DNA of 63,663 nucleotides, filler included, from Basidiobolus ranarum (GCA_040143965.1; 47 parts of 47 records of this genome joined end to end with filler, not necessarily neighbours in it), one strand, 5' to 3'. Counted from the first letter of the whole stretch, positions 13,633-25,757 are shown. Numbers and translations: made by a program. The notes: a model not told the origin generated them from the letters alone.

Positions 13633-14892
13633 GAACTGGCTCGCTACCTGACATCACAAATGTAGTCCGCAAAGCTTCGTGACGCCAAATAACTTCGAGT
13701 ATAGACTGCTTTAACGCATCAACATTCAGATCACTGGATATTGCCAATGTAAGTGGCATGTTGTAGAAAGGGCTATTTGGAATTAGCTCATTCATAAACC
13801 AGAGCCTTTCTTGAGCAAAAGATAGTGGAAATTGATTTCTCAGTACTACTTGTTTGATATCAGGAATAATGTATCTACTTCCAGTATTAGCCTTATTGAT
13901 ATTGATAAGCCTTTCATTCAAGGATGCCACTGTAGGAGCCTCAAAAAGTAATCTCAAAGGTATTTCCTGGCCAAGTGCAGCGCGAATACGGGAAATTACT
14001 TTAGTGGCAGACAAAGAGTGACCTCCTAGTTCGAAGAAATTTCCAAGAATGCTAATCTTTTCGATACCCAGGATATCGGTAAAGATACTTGCGAGAGATT
14101 TCTCTAACTCCGTCCTTGGCTGGATAAAATTCTTTTGGTTTTCGATATAGGAAATTGTGGGGGCCGGCAATGCTTGACGATCAATTTTACCATTTGGTGT
14201 GAGTGGCAGAGAATCCATTACCACAAATGAGCTAGGAACCATGAATTTGGGCAGTGTAGCTGTGAGTTTGTCGCGCAGAGATTGAACATGGGGTTGATTT
14301 ATAACACCAGGCTCAGCTAAGCATTCATCTATGTTACCATAAGTATTCTGGTCAAATGCAGTTCCCCATTCATCCACTTTCTGAGTATACATTCCAGAGG
14401 TTGATTTGGAATCTACAACGACATAAGCGACTAGTTGTTTCTCACCAGATGAATGTTTACGAGCAACCACTACACATTCCTTAATTGAATCTTGTTGCAA
14501 GAGAGTGTTTTCTACTTCACCCAATTCGATTCTGTAGCCACGAATTTTCACCTGATGATCCATGCGCCCTACAAATTCAATATTACCATCACTTCTAAAA
14601 CAAGCCATATCTCCAGTACGGTATATTATCTCTCCATTACACTCAGAATTAGGATTGGTTACGAATTTTTGAGCCGTCATTTCGGGGTGATTGAGGTAGC
14701 CTCTGGCCAGTCCATCGCCAGCTACACATAACTCGCCGACAAATCCAATCGGAACTGGGTTGAGATTGTTGTCAAGAATATATACTCTGCTATTAGATAG
14801 TGGTTTTCCAATAGGAATATTGTTTGAGATTTGGTTAACCTCGTACCAAGTGGAGAAGGTGGTGTTCTCGGTAGGACCGTATACGTGTAATA
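13633..14892 (-). CDS. Non-ribosomal peptide synthetase, partial (C-terminal half of an A domain, PCP, start of a C domain)
   Basis: One open, intron-free frame across the whole contig: HVYGPTENT (A5), GELCVAGDGLARGYL (A6), YRTGD (A7), GRMDHQVKIRGYRIELGE (A8), LPKFMVP (A9), NGKIDR (A10), FFELGGHSL (PCP), PLSFAQERLWF and RHEALRT (C domain). Confidence 0.97.
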
Positions 14893-14992
14893 NNNNNNNN
14901 NNNNNNNNNNNNNNNNNNNNNNNNNNNNNNNNNNNNTTAATTAATTAANNNNNNNNNNNNNNNNNNNNNNNNNNNNNNNNNNNNNNNNNNNN

Positions 14993-16252
14993 TGTGAAGC
15001 AACAAAAGAATCAGTATGGTTAAGGAAACTCTGAACTGATTTGGGATATTGTCAAATCACACCAACTACAATATTTCAAGATAATCAAAGTTGAATCAAA
15101 TTGCCTAAAAGTCCCATGTTTCATAATAGAAGCAAGCATATAGATATTCAGCATCACTTTATTAGAGAGATTATAGAGAATAAGTTTAGTGACTAAATGT
15201 ATTGTTCTACAGAAGACATGATTGCTGATATATTAACCAGACCATTAGCTAGACAGAAATTTAAGAAATGTAAACCTTTGTTAGATTAGTTTATGTTGGA
15301 TAATTAATTTTTATTCCACATCATAGTTAACTTCAGTTATGTTACATATGTCTGAAACAGAAAGCAATGTATCTATAGCCCCTATATTCTAAATAGGAAT
15401 ATCTCTATATCTATATAACAAGTATGTCATATTACCCCCACTTATCTATTATATCTCATACACAAACTCCTGAATATCTCAAACAATTGAGTTACTTTTC
15501 TATTATATAAGTGACCCTATACTCTTAAGAATAAAGTAACCCAAACACACTATCCCCTGACAGAAATACGATCAATTTGATCTTGATTGGATCCACCCTC
15601 CAAAAGAGCAAAACTGTCAGAGAACCATCACAATATTGGTGGCTTGCATTCTGCCAGGGATTCTGATGGTGCAATGGCAGTTTCATGACAGTATTTTGAT
15701 GGTATTTGTACATGTTAAAACATTGATCCTCAAATTTGGTATGCACAATTCAATATCCAGCAATTTTTGCAAAAATATAATTTTTGAATGGCAAATTACT
15801 GGGTTTACTGCTGTAAGAATTTGATTTAATATGCATACAATATTTAGGTATTTTAGGCTTTGCATTCCAGCCATATTGAGAATCAAAAAATATAAGAATG
15901 TTGTTATGTTTAGTCTCTACATATGCACATACTTGACTGATTAAACATAACTCAACAACATCAATATGCTTTACCAGCAAACTGGCAGTGGAAAAATTGC
16001 TAAACATCTGAAATTTTGAATAGCACTGACACTTGGCAAGGAGCTGACTCTTTGTTGGATAATTAATCTTTATTTAACATCATAGTTAACTTTAGTTATG
16101 ATACATATATCAGAAACAGAAAGCAACGTATCTATAGCCCTTATATTCTAAATAGGAATATCTCTATATCTATATAACAAGTATGTCTTATTACCCCCAC
16201 TTATCTATTATATCTTATTACACAAACTCCTGAATATCTCAAACAATTGATT
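14993..16252 (+). mobile_element. Nested stack: copia RNase H, then LTR-A (15294..15554), interrupted by CACTA terminus A (15555..16052), interrupted by another LTR-A (16053..)
   Basis: Direct sequence identity to the other copies of each family, with sharp junctions. Confidence 0.85.
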
Positions 16253-16546
16253 NNNNNNNNNNNNNNNNNNNNNNNNNNNNNNNNNNNNNNNNNNNNTTAA
16301 TTAATTAANNNNNNNNNNNNNNNNNNNNNNNNNNNNNNNNNNNNNNNNNNNNCCACTTACCAAATTCTTCACACCATTAGAAAGATCTGCAATTCCAGAG
16401 TCAGATATACTGGCAAAAAAGCTTAATTTCACCATGGAACCAGGTACACCAGTTGGAAGAGTGATAAATTTGGAAGTTTATCTAACACCTGGCACCTCTA
16501 CAAACAACTCCCAATGTTGCCAATACTTATCAGGCAGAAATCTTTT

Positions 16547-16720
16547 CTGCCATTTGGTGCATTAACATATTTTTTTGTTGAACTGCCATTTGGTGCGTTA
16601 ACATATTTTTTTGTTCAACTGTCATTTGGTGCGTTAACATATTTTTTTGTCGCATTGCCATTAGATGCATTACCATTTGGTGTACCAACATGAGTTTTTG
16701 TTGTATTGTTGTTTGATGTA
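16547..16720. repeat. 36-bp tandem repeat (3 good copies plus degenerate ones)
   Basis: Unit CTGCCATTTGGTGC(A/G)TTAACATATTTTTTTGTT(G/C)AA, which reads TKKYVNAPNGSS on the minus strand. Confidence 0.85.
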
Positions 16721-16858
16721 TCTAAATTTTGTTTACCTTTTAAACTCCCCCAGAATTTTTGTATATTAGACTTCATCTAATTTATGAAAGTTTAATAAGT
16801 GTGTTACTATATTATTATCAAAATGGTATGGTTAACAAAGAATTTTAAAAAAGTGGGG

Positions 16859-17408
16859 TCAGAATAAAGCAGATACTATTACACCGCCTATATAATTAGC
16901 TGTTACTATTGTAGTTGATACAATCTTTTCTGCCATTTCTTTTATTTTATTCAAACCCAACGAATCGGCCATAGTATCAGCAATTTCAAGAATTTTTTTT
17001 GTAGTTTTTTTTCTTTTGCTTGATGTATAAGCATATATATCAGGGGGTCTAGGATAGTTGCCTTTACTGTGTAATATATTGCATAAATTGTTAATTGCTT
17101 TGTTTCTTTTCTTTTTGTTCATCTCTTCTTCTTCTTCATCATCTGAATCTTCTGGATTGGGGTTAATGGGGGGTAGATCAACTGTCACAATATTTGAACA
17201 TGGGCTAAATCTTTTTTTAAGTTCCGATAAATTTCCTTCCAACCTTTTCTTTTTTGCGTGAGTAAAAATTATAACAAAATTATTTTTGCATCCTTTAAAA
17301 ACAGTTTTAAATAGTTTCCATGTATTTTCATCAAGGGCATCGATTCTTCCTCCACCTCTTACAACCATGGCAATATAATGATACAATAGATTGTCTGAAC
17401 TGATACTA
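16859..17408 (-). pseudogene. 5'-truncated P-loop GTPase-like (AIG1/Era-like) gene fragment embedded in CACTA sequence
   Basis: MVVRGGGRIDALD...LFKTVF...NFVIIFTH resembles the strand/G4 region of AIG1-type GTPases. The Walker A region is missing, and the first ~17 codons of the listed ORF are transposon DNA. Confidence 0.5.
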
Positions 17409-18030
17409 CTCTCAACAAGCCAAAACACCTGCAAATAAAACTCATGGCTCTCCAACCTCAACTGGTACTTTTCAAAGTGTTGAAATTAGTCCCAAAGGTA
17501 AAGGCAAGCAAAAAGCCGCACAAACACCGCAAAGCACCCTCAGTAGTGTCACACTACAAGGACGTACAAAAATAGTCAAAGTGCTTGAGGAGTATTTTCA
17601 AAAGTATGAAGNNNNNNNNNNNNNNNNNNNNNNNNNNNNNNNNNNNNNNNNNNNNTTAATTAATTAANNNNNNNNNNNNNNNNNNNNNNNNNNNNNNNNN
17701 NNNNNNNNNNNAGAACTCTATAAAAATATTCAGGAGAATATATCAAAGAGACTAGGGATTTCAAAGGTGACAAATTAGCGTTCAAGTGGTAATTGTGTAA
17801 AATTTGAGTTATGTTTTTTGCATATGTGTTGATCCATAGTTCTCTGAGATTTTAGCCAATCATTTGCAACTATTTTGTGAGATCTTGAAATTTCACTCCT
17901 AAAACTGAAAAAATTGATTAAAATCAAATTTAACTTGATGATTTTATGATGGTAAGTAAACAGTAAATCCCAAATGGATTAAAATTGTGATGGTTTTCCT
18001 ACAATAACAATCCTCAAATTTCTGTTAGGA

Positions 18031-18969
18031 TAACCAAAGTTCAAGCTTGGTTATTTACAAGTGACTGATACTTCTCTGCCATTGCAGCACTCCAAAACTT
18101 CTTGTTGGCAATCTCCATAGCCTGCCATACTGATTTGGGCTCATCAGAAAAGGCTAAATTAGCACTAGGCTTCTTTTGGCAGGTGTGAGAGTAGTAATCA
18201 GGTGGAGATCTCATCCAATTGGATCTCCTAAGATGGGAAATTAGCACTACAACTTCTGGTACCACCTTAGGCAATGAAATAACCTCAGACTTGGTTGAGA
18301 AAACTGCAGGTGAGAGATTTTCAATGTTTTTCTCACTGATCAAGATCTGGTGAGAGAAAGTAGAATTTGATCAATTTTTGGTTGTTTTTCTTGATCCTAG
18401 ATTGTTTTGATTCAGAATTTTTTCTCTTGCACAAATTCTACATCCCTTGACTTGATTAGCCTCTTATTTTTGGTATCATATAGCCTGTATCCTTTTTTCC
18501 ATCACAATATCCCAAAAAAAGACATTTCTGGCTTTTTTAGTCTAATTTTGATCTTCTGGTCTGGAATCATTGCATATATGGTACTTCCAAAAATCCTGAG
18601 CTTAGCCAAATCAGGTTTACTTCTAAACCAAGCTTGATAAAGTGACATAGCTTATAGAGACCTAGACAGATATCTATTCCTAACATATAGTGCAGTTGCA
18701 ACCATTTCAGCCCAGAACTGTTTTGACAAATCTTGATCATGAAGCATTGATCTTGCCTTTTCCATTATTGATCTGTTTGCACATTCTGCTACTCCATTCT
18801 GCTGTGGAGAATATGGCACTGTAGTCTGCTGTTTTATCCCATGTGTTGAGCAGAAGTTAGAGAAGAGTTTTGAGGTATATTCCCCTCCATTATCAGTACA
18901 GATAATCTTAATCTTTAGACCTGTTTCAGTCTCCACCATTGCTTTGAACTTCTTGAAGGTATCAAAGGC
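18031..18969 (-). mobile_element. Copia integrase core and spacer, degenerate
   Basis: TDNGGEY, PYSPQQNGVAE, RSMLHD...FWAE. Confidence 0.93.
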
Positions 18970-19102
18970 NNNNNNNNNNNNNNNNNNNNNNNNNNNNNNN
19001 NNNNNNNNNNNNNTTAATTAATTAANNNNNNNNNNNNNNNNNNNNNNNNNNNNNNNNNNNNNNNNNNNNCATAACCTATTGAAAATATTTAGGGAGAAAT
19101 AT

Positions 19103-19175
19103 TGGTCTGGCCAGGATTTGAACCTGGGACCTCCTACACTCTAGCAAGATGCTGTAACCACTGAGCTACCAGTCC
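19103..19175 (-). tRNA. tRNA-like sequence (pseudo-tRNA) inside the 3' end of an LTR, followed by a copia-type PBS GGTTATG (19070..19076)
   Basis: 73 nt, GGACTGG-TAGCTCAGTGG...CCAGG-TTCAAAT-CCTGG-CCAGACC-A. A and B boxes are intact; the anticodon stem is imperfect. Confidence 0.8.
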
Positions 19176-19871
19176 TTGTATGCTGTTGTTACAAATTTGG
19201 ATTATCAGACAAAAGCAATGGCAATTTTGGAGACAACATAATGTCTCAATCAACACAATATTTTGTACACATAAAATGCATAAGCAAACCTTGACTGTCA
19301 CCCAGTTTCATATCTACACCTTTCTTACATGTCTTGCAATCACCGAAACAAGGAAAGAAATGCAAATATCTCCAGAATTACTGGATGAATCATTACTAAA
19401 CTTTAGCGAGATCATTTCCCGTTATTATTCTACTTCAAATATAAATTTTAAAATGAACCAACCACAGAGACAAAAGTTACAAGCCATTGGAAACAGGCCG
19501 TCAGTATTATATACATGTTTTGAAATTAGCACACTCCCAAATCTGGCAGGAATGCCACTTGATTTTCCCCTGATCAACCCTATAAAAATAGCACCATCAA
19601 AATAAAATTAATCAGTCAATTTATCGGTGAATTAAGTCCCAAAATTGCACTCACCTCAGGAACCAGCCTCAATATATGGTAGCAGCAATTTATTAAGAAA
19701 GATACTCCACAGAAGAAAGCACAAAGAATCTAAAGAAGTAAAAGCAAAAGACAAGAAAGAATGTCATGGAACCAAGGAAACATAGAAATGTCAGATGCAT
19801 GGATGACTACAGTAACAGATATACTTGTGGAACTAAAGGAATAAGCAGCAGGACAAGAGGCCAGGATCCCA

Positions 19872-20297
19872 GTGACAACAGCCATGTATCATGGCAGACC
19901 AAATGAGAGTGTAGTAGCATGGTTAATACAGACAGAACAGGCCTTTAATACAAATTCAATCAGTGAAGACAAGAAGATGGCAGCAATAGGAAGCTATCTC
20001 CAAGATCTAGCATTGTCTTGGTATCAAGGAAGACTTCTACAAGCAGAAGCTCAGAACACTACTGCTTTCCCTAACTGGAGTGCATTCAAAACCAACATCA
20101 AAGCCTTCTTCTTACCACTCAACTTCCAGCTCATCCACAAAACACAGTTAGAAAACCTAAAGCAGAAGAACAAAGTCTTGGCATATGTCCAAAACTTCAA
20201 GAACATATTGGCACAGATTATTTCTATGGAAGAAGGTGACAAGATACACTACTTCCTTAGAGGACTAAGAACCAAAACCAGGCAAGAAGTAGTATAA
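19872..20297 (+). mobile_element. Ty3/gypsy gag (Retrotrans_gag-like capsid) fragment
   Basis: YHGRPNESVVAWL...YLQDLALSW...LKQKNKVLAYVQNF...FLRGL. Confidence 0.85.
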
Positions 20298-20427
20298 ACG
20301 TTAGGGTATGGATGTTCTGGTAAGGGTNNNNNNNNNNNNNNNNNNNNNNNNNNNNNNNNNNNNNNNNNNNNTTAATTAATTAANNNNNNNNNNNNNNNNN
20401 NNNNNNNNNNNNNNNNNNNNNNNNNNN

Positions 20428-21685
20428 CTAGAATAAGGATCAGAGCCATTAACAATGGAATATATTGGTGCTAGGCTTATGAATGAAGAATTAAGGAGAT
20501 CTCATTGTCAGCAAAATAATGCAGAACAGGCACTTTTTGGAGCTGTAAAACATCCAACAGGCTTCAATAATGGTGCCCCTATTAAGAAATTAATCATCTG
20601 CAAATATTGCAAGAAACCAGGACATTTAATCAAAGATTGCAGTAACAGGATTTTTGCCAAAAAGCTAAAATCAGAACAAGCAAATCAAGTTAGCACTGAT
20701 AGAGATCATCTATTTGTGGATGCCTTCTCAGCAACAACTAAAGATGAATCAGGAACATGGTACATTGATTCAGGAGCTTCCCAGCACATGTCTAACAGGA
20801 ATGATTGGTTTTCCAGCTTAAAACCAATCCAAACAAGGAAAGTCCACTTAGATGGTGACTTTGCACTAGATGCAGCTGGTAAGGGCACAGTTTTACTCAA
20901 TTTAGACCAAAGTACAGCTACTCCATATGCAAAATTAGATGACGTACTCTATGTACCAAATAGAGCCATGAATCTACTCTCAGTAAGCCAAGCAACAACT
21001 CAAGGCTTAAATTTTGTGTTTAGCAAGGCTGGATGCACTATCACAGATCAGAATAATACCAAATTAGCTACAGGGATCAAAACTCAAAACTAATACAAGC
21101 TAGTAATCAACAAATTGCATTCTGAACATGTAAACTTAGCAAAACCGGTGAAAAAAGCTGTCAGACATGGCATAGAAAATGTGGCCACATTGACAAACAA
21201 AGACTGAACAAAGTGATCAAAAATCAGCTTGTTTCAGGCTTGTTAATTGAAAATATCACTAAATTGGATCTGTATGAAGGTTGCATATATGGAAAACATC
21301 ACAGACAACCATTTCAAACTCTAGAGAGATCAAAGCCACTCACATTTTTTCCTGATTCATTCTGACCTATGTGGGCCCATGAAAAAAGTCTCAACGGGGG
21401 GGAAAAGGTACTTTATGTCCTTTATTAGTGACCAAACAAGATATACTTGGGTATTCTTTCTCAAATCGAAATCCAAAGCCTTAGCTACATTCAAGCACTA
21501 CAAAGCAATGGTAGAGAAAGAATCAGCACAAAAAATAAGGGTACTAAGGAGTGATAATGGTGGAGAATACTGCTCTAAAGACTTTGCTAGTTTTTGCTCT
21601 AAACATGGAATTAAGCAACAAACTACTGTACCTTATACTCCACAGCAAAATGGAGTTGCAGAACATGCTAATAGGAGCATAGTGG
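20428..21685 (+). mobile_element. Copia gag zinc knuckle, protease and integrase
   Basis: CKYCKKPGHLIKDC, WYIDSGASQHM, NLLSV, HSDLCGP, LRSDNGGEY. Confidence 0.95.
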
Positions 21686-21785
21686 NNNNNNNNNNNNNNN
21701 NNNNNNNNNNNNNNNNNNNNNNNNNNNNNTTAATTAATTAANNNNNNNNNNNNNNNNNNNNNNNNNNNNNNNNNNNNNNNNNNNN

Positions 21786-23043
21786 AATATATGAACAAGT
21801 TAATATTGCCACAGCTGAAGAGATGGACTGGAAAATCCAGCATAGGAGTTTGGGTCAGCTAGGAGCTGAAAATATGAGAAATTTAATCAAAAACAAGATG
21901 GTTTTGGGACTAAATTTTGTAATTCCAACAGATCTAGACTATGTGAAGGTTGCCTATATGATAGGCAACACAGACAGCTGTGTGTGGGCTCCAGAAGGAG
22001 CAAAGTTGATCAAAAATAGGGCGTGTTACACTCAGATCTCTGTGGCCTAATGCAGACAAAATCCTTAGGCATAAAAAGGTATTTTATAACCATTATTGAT
22101 GATAAGACAAAGTATACTTAGGGGTACTTTCTGGCTAGTAAGAATGAAGCCTTTGATATCTTCAAGAAATTCAAAAATGGTGGAGACTGAAACAGGTCAA
22201 AGGATTAAGATCATTTGTACTGATATTTGAGGGGAATACAACTCAGAACTCTTCTCTAATGTCTACTTAACCCATGGGTTAAAACAGCAGACTACAGTCC
22301 CATATTCTCCACAGCACAATGGAGTAGCAGAACATGCAAATAGATCAATAATGGAAAAGGCAAGATCCATGCTTCATGATTAACATTTACCAAAGCAGTT
22401 CTGGGCTGAATTGGTTGCAACTGCAGTAAATATTAGCAATTGATGTCCTTCTAGGTCTCTATTGGCTATGACACCTTATCAAGCTTGGTTTGGAAGTAAA
22501 CATGATGTGACTAATCTCAGGGTTCTTGGAAGTAGAGCATATGCAAATATTCCAGACCAGAAGAGATGAAAATTGGACCAAAAAAGCCAGAAATTATTTT
22601 TTCTGGGATTTTGTGATGGAACAAAAGGGTACAGACTATATGATTCTGAAATTAAGAGGCTAATCAAGTCCAGGGATGTGCAGTTTGCTGAACAAGAAAT
22701 ATTTTCAATCAAACTAATCCACAAACAAGAAAACATCCAAAAATTGATGAAAATTCTTCTTTCTCTCATCAGATCCTGATAAGTGAGAAAAACATTTAAA
22801 ATTGTTACCTACAGTCTCCTCAACCAAGCCTGAGATGGTTTTATTGCCTAAATTGATGCTAGAAGCTGTAGAGACAATTTCACATCTTAGGAGATACAAT
22901 TGGATGAGATCTGTGCCTGATTACTACTCTCACAGTAGCCAAAAGGAGCCTAGTGCTAATTTAGCCTTTTCTGATGAATCCAAATCAGTACAGGAGGCTA
23001 TGGAGAGTCCCAACACAAAGTTTTGGAGTGCTGCATTGGCAGA
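21786..23043 (+). mobile_element. Copia integrase region, heavily degenerate (family of 1366..2630)
   Basis: Nucleotide homology plus FLGF...KGYRLYD. Confidence 0.92.
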
Positions 23044-23143
23044 NNNNNNNNNNNNNNNNNNNNNNNNNNNNNNNNNNNNNNNNNNNNTTAATTAATTAAN
23101 NNNNNNNNNNNNNNNNNNNNNNNNNNNNNNNNNNNNNNNNNNN

Positions 23144-24400
23144 AACATATCTGCTCCATAAACAAAACTCACAAAGAAAGAACTCCCATTTGACTGGAAC
23201 CCATCTTGCCAACAAGCATTTGTAATTTAAAGAGTACTTTTACCTCAGCACCAATCCTGGCACATCCCAAGCTAGACAAGCCATTTATTGTTGAAACTGA
23301 TGCATCCAACTTTGCTCTAGGAGCAGTACTATTGCAGTTTGATGATGACAACTTACTGCACCCTGTTGCCTTCTGCTCAGGAAAGTTCTCTGCCACAGAA
23401 ATCCACTATGACATCTAGGACAGGAACTTTTAGCAATTATTGCTCAGTTGGAGCAATGGCAACAATACTTGGATGGAGCAAATCACAAAATCACAGTTTG
23501 TTGTGATCACAAGAATCTTCAGTATTTTAATACAACCAAAGTTCTCAAACATTGTCAAGCAAGCTGGTCATTATTTCTTGCCAGTTTTGATTTTGTGATT
23601 ACATATTAACCAGGTAGCCAGCAAGTAAAGCCTGATGCCTTATCACATAGAGCAGAATATCAGCCTAAAGAAGGGGATGAGGCCTTTGGCCAACGCAATA
23701 TTTCCTTACTGAAGCCCCACCAACTTCAAATTAGTGCAACTGCCCTTTCTCTTCTTAGATCAAGCACATTGCATGAAGACATCCGCAAACTCCAATATGA
23801 AGATGCACCGGTTATATCAATCAAGAAAGCCCAGGAAACACCCAAAGACATCTCAAGCTTGAACAGCCATTTCTCCATCATCAATGATCTCTTGTTTTAT
23901 AAGAAGTGCCTTTACATTCCAGACTACACTTCTAGACTTGAAATAATGCAGGAAAGACATGACTCACCACTGGCAGGACACTTTGGTGTTGCTGAATCAT
24001 ATATGTTGGCATCCCGCAATTATTGGTGGCCCAAAATGTTAGCATTTGTCAAGACTTATGTTTCCACCTGTGATACTTGTGCTTGAGTAAAGACTCCAAG
24101 ACATCAACCCAATGGCCTCCTGCAGCCACTTCCAATTCCTGATCAGCAGTGGAAATCCTTATCCCTGGATTTCATAACTGATCTGCCAATGTCTGCCAAA
24201 TATGATTCAATTCTTGTAATTGTTGACCACTAACAAAGATGGCCCACTGTGTGCCCTGCGACAAGTCAATTGATGCAAAACAACAGCAGAATTGGTAACT
24301 CAAAACATCTTCCACCTACATGGACTCCCTGAAACTATCATCTCTGACCAAGGACCTCAGTTTGCTTCCAAATTCTGGACAAGACTCCTCCATACCTTGG
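23144..24400 (+). mobile_element. Ty3/gypsy RNase H and integrase, degenerate
   Basis: FIVETDASNFALGAVL, DHKNLQYF, HDSPLAGHFG...YWWP...CDTC, ISDQGPQF. Confidence 0.95.
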
Positions 24401-24500
24401 NNNNNNNNNNNNNNNNNNNNNNNNNNNNNNNNNNNNNNNNNNNNTTAATTAATTAANNNNNNNNNNNNNNNNNNNNNNNNNNNNNNNNNNNNNNNNNNNN

Positions 24501-25527
24501 CCTTAGGATATTGCAGCTATAGTTGCTGCTTACACCCTAAAACAACTACATTTGGTACCCAATGTGGGGGTTCAACTGAATTTCTCTGAAGACTTACAAC
24601 AAGAAAGACTACTACTACTACTACTCATCCATCATGTCAACCCTAATACTACCATTATGTGAATCCCCAGGAGCTCCCTTTGTTGATGGAACTAAAGTTC
24701 AAGCATTTATCAGGAGATGGGAACTTTTCTGCCAAGCTAACAATGTTCCTCAAGACAGAATGGCTGAGGAACTACCACCTTACTATGAAGATGATATTGT
24801 GTTAGCACTTGAAGACAACCCTTCCATACTACAAGACTGGAGCCTTATGAATGGACACTTGCTAGAAAACTATTGGGAACTCTGCCATACTTAGCCAATT
24901 TATGACTTGGAGGACTTTGCCAAAACCAGCTTCTCAAAAATGCCTACCAAACAATTTATCCAAGAACCTGAATATATTGGAGCACATTTCATCCAACAAG
25001 GTGTTATCACTGAAGTTACCCTCACTATTTACCTATTGAATGCCTTACCTCAACACCTGCTGACAAAAGTAGATCAAGAAACTACTGGCCAATCAATCTC
25101 TGATATTCCCTCTCTTGCCAGTGTGAAGAAAGTCCTCCTAGCAAGTCAGGAGAACACAGCCCTCATGAGGATGCTCCAGAAGAGCAGGGAACAACAACCA
25201 AGACCAGAAGAACCATTGACAAAAAGCTGAACAGTTGATGTTAAGGAAGAACTATCCAACATTAGCAAGAAACTTGAACATATCACTTTGAAGATTGAGA
25301 GCAAGTCCTACCAAGGAGGAACCTATCAATCTTCCTACCCATCTAATTGTGTATAGTGTGACTCAACCAAGCCTTCCAAGATGGACTGTCCTGAATTGAA
25401 TGAGCTACTTGACAAAGGAGAGCTCCAATTGGACTCAAGAGGGTTTATACTTGATAATAATGGCAGAAATGTCAGGCCAAACTTTGTAAGAGGAGGTATG
25501 AAAGCAACTTACTGCTTACCAGTTAAC
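24501..25527 (+). mobile_element. Gypsy-like element 5' end: LTR end (..ACTACA at 24550), PBS (24553..24570) and degenerate gag
   Basis: PBS TGGTACCCAATGTGGGGG. Gag reads APFVDGTKVQAFI...CDST..MDCPEL...NFVRGGM. The same LTR occurs at 58018..58261 (minus) and 36707..37679 (minus). Confidence 0.75.
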
Positions 25528-25757
25528 TGTTGAAGTTTATTGTCTTTATCATATTTGTTATCTCTATCTTTATACACCTAAATATTTCATATATCTCATA
25601 TAAGTTAGTTAACATTACTAAGTCAAATATCATCTAACTGAAAATTGGAACATATATTATATATATATATGTGAATAATGTGAGAATTAGCAATTCCATA
25701 TTGGAAATTTCAAACTTGTCCAAATTGCCCCAAAAATAGCTCATTTTACTCCCACAG
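25528..25757 (+). repeat. LTR family C, 5' part (TGTTGAAGTTTATTG); its 3' part, ending CCCAATA, is seen at 54306..54484
   Basis: Also at 48684..48793, 54024..54205 (minus) and 12272..12307. The pieces overlap at ATAGCTCATTTTACTCCCACAG. Confidence 0.65.
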
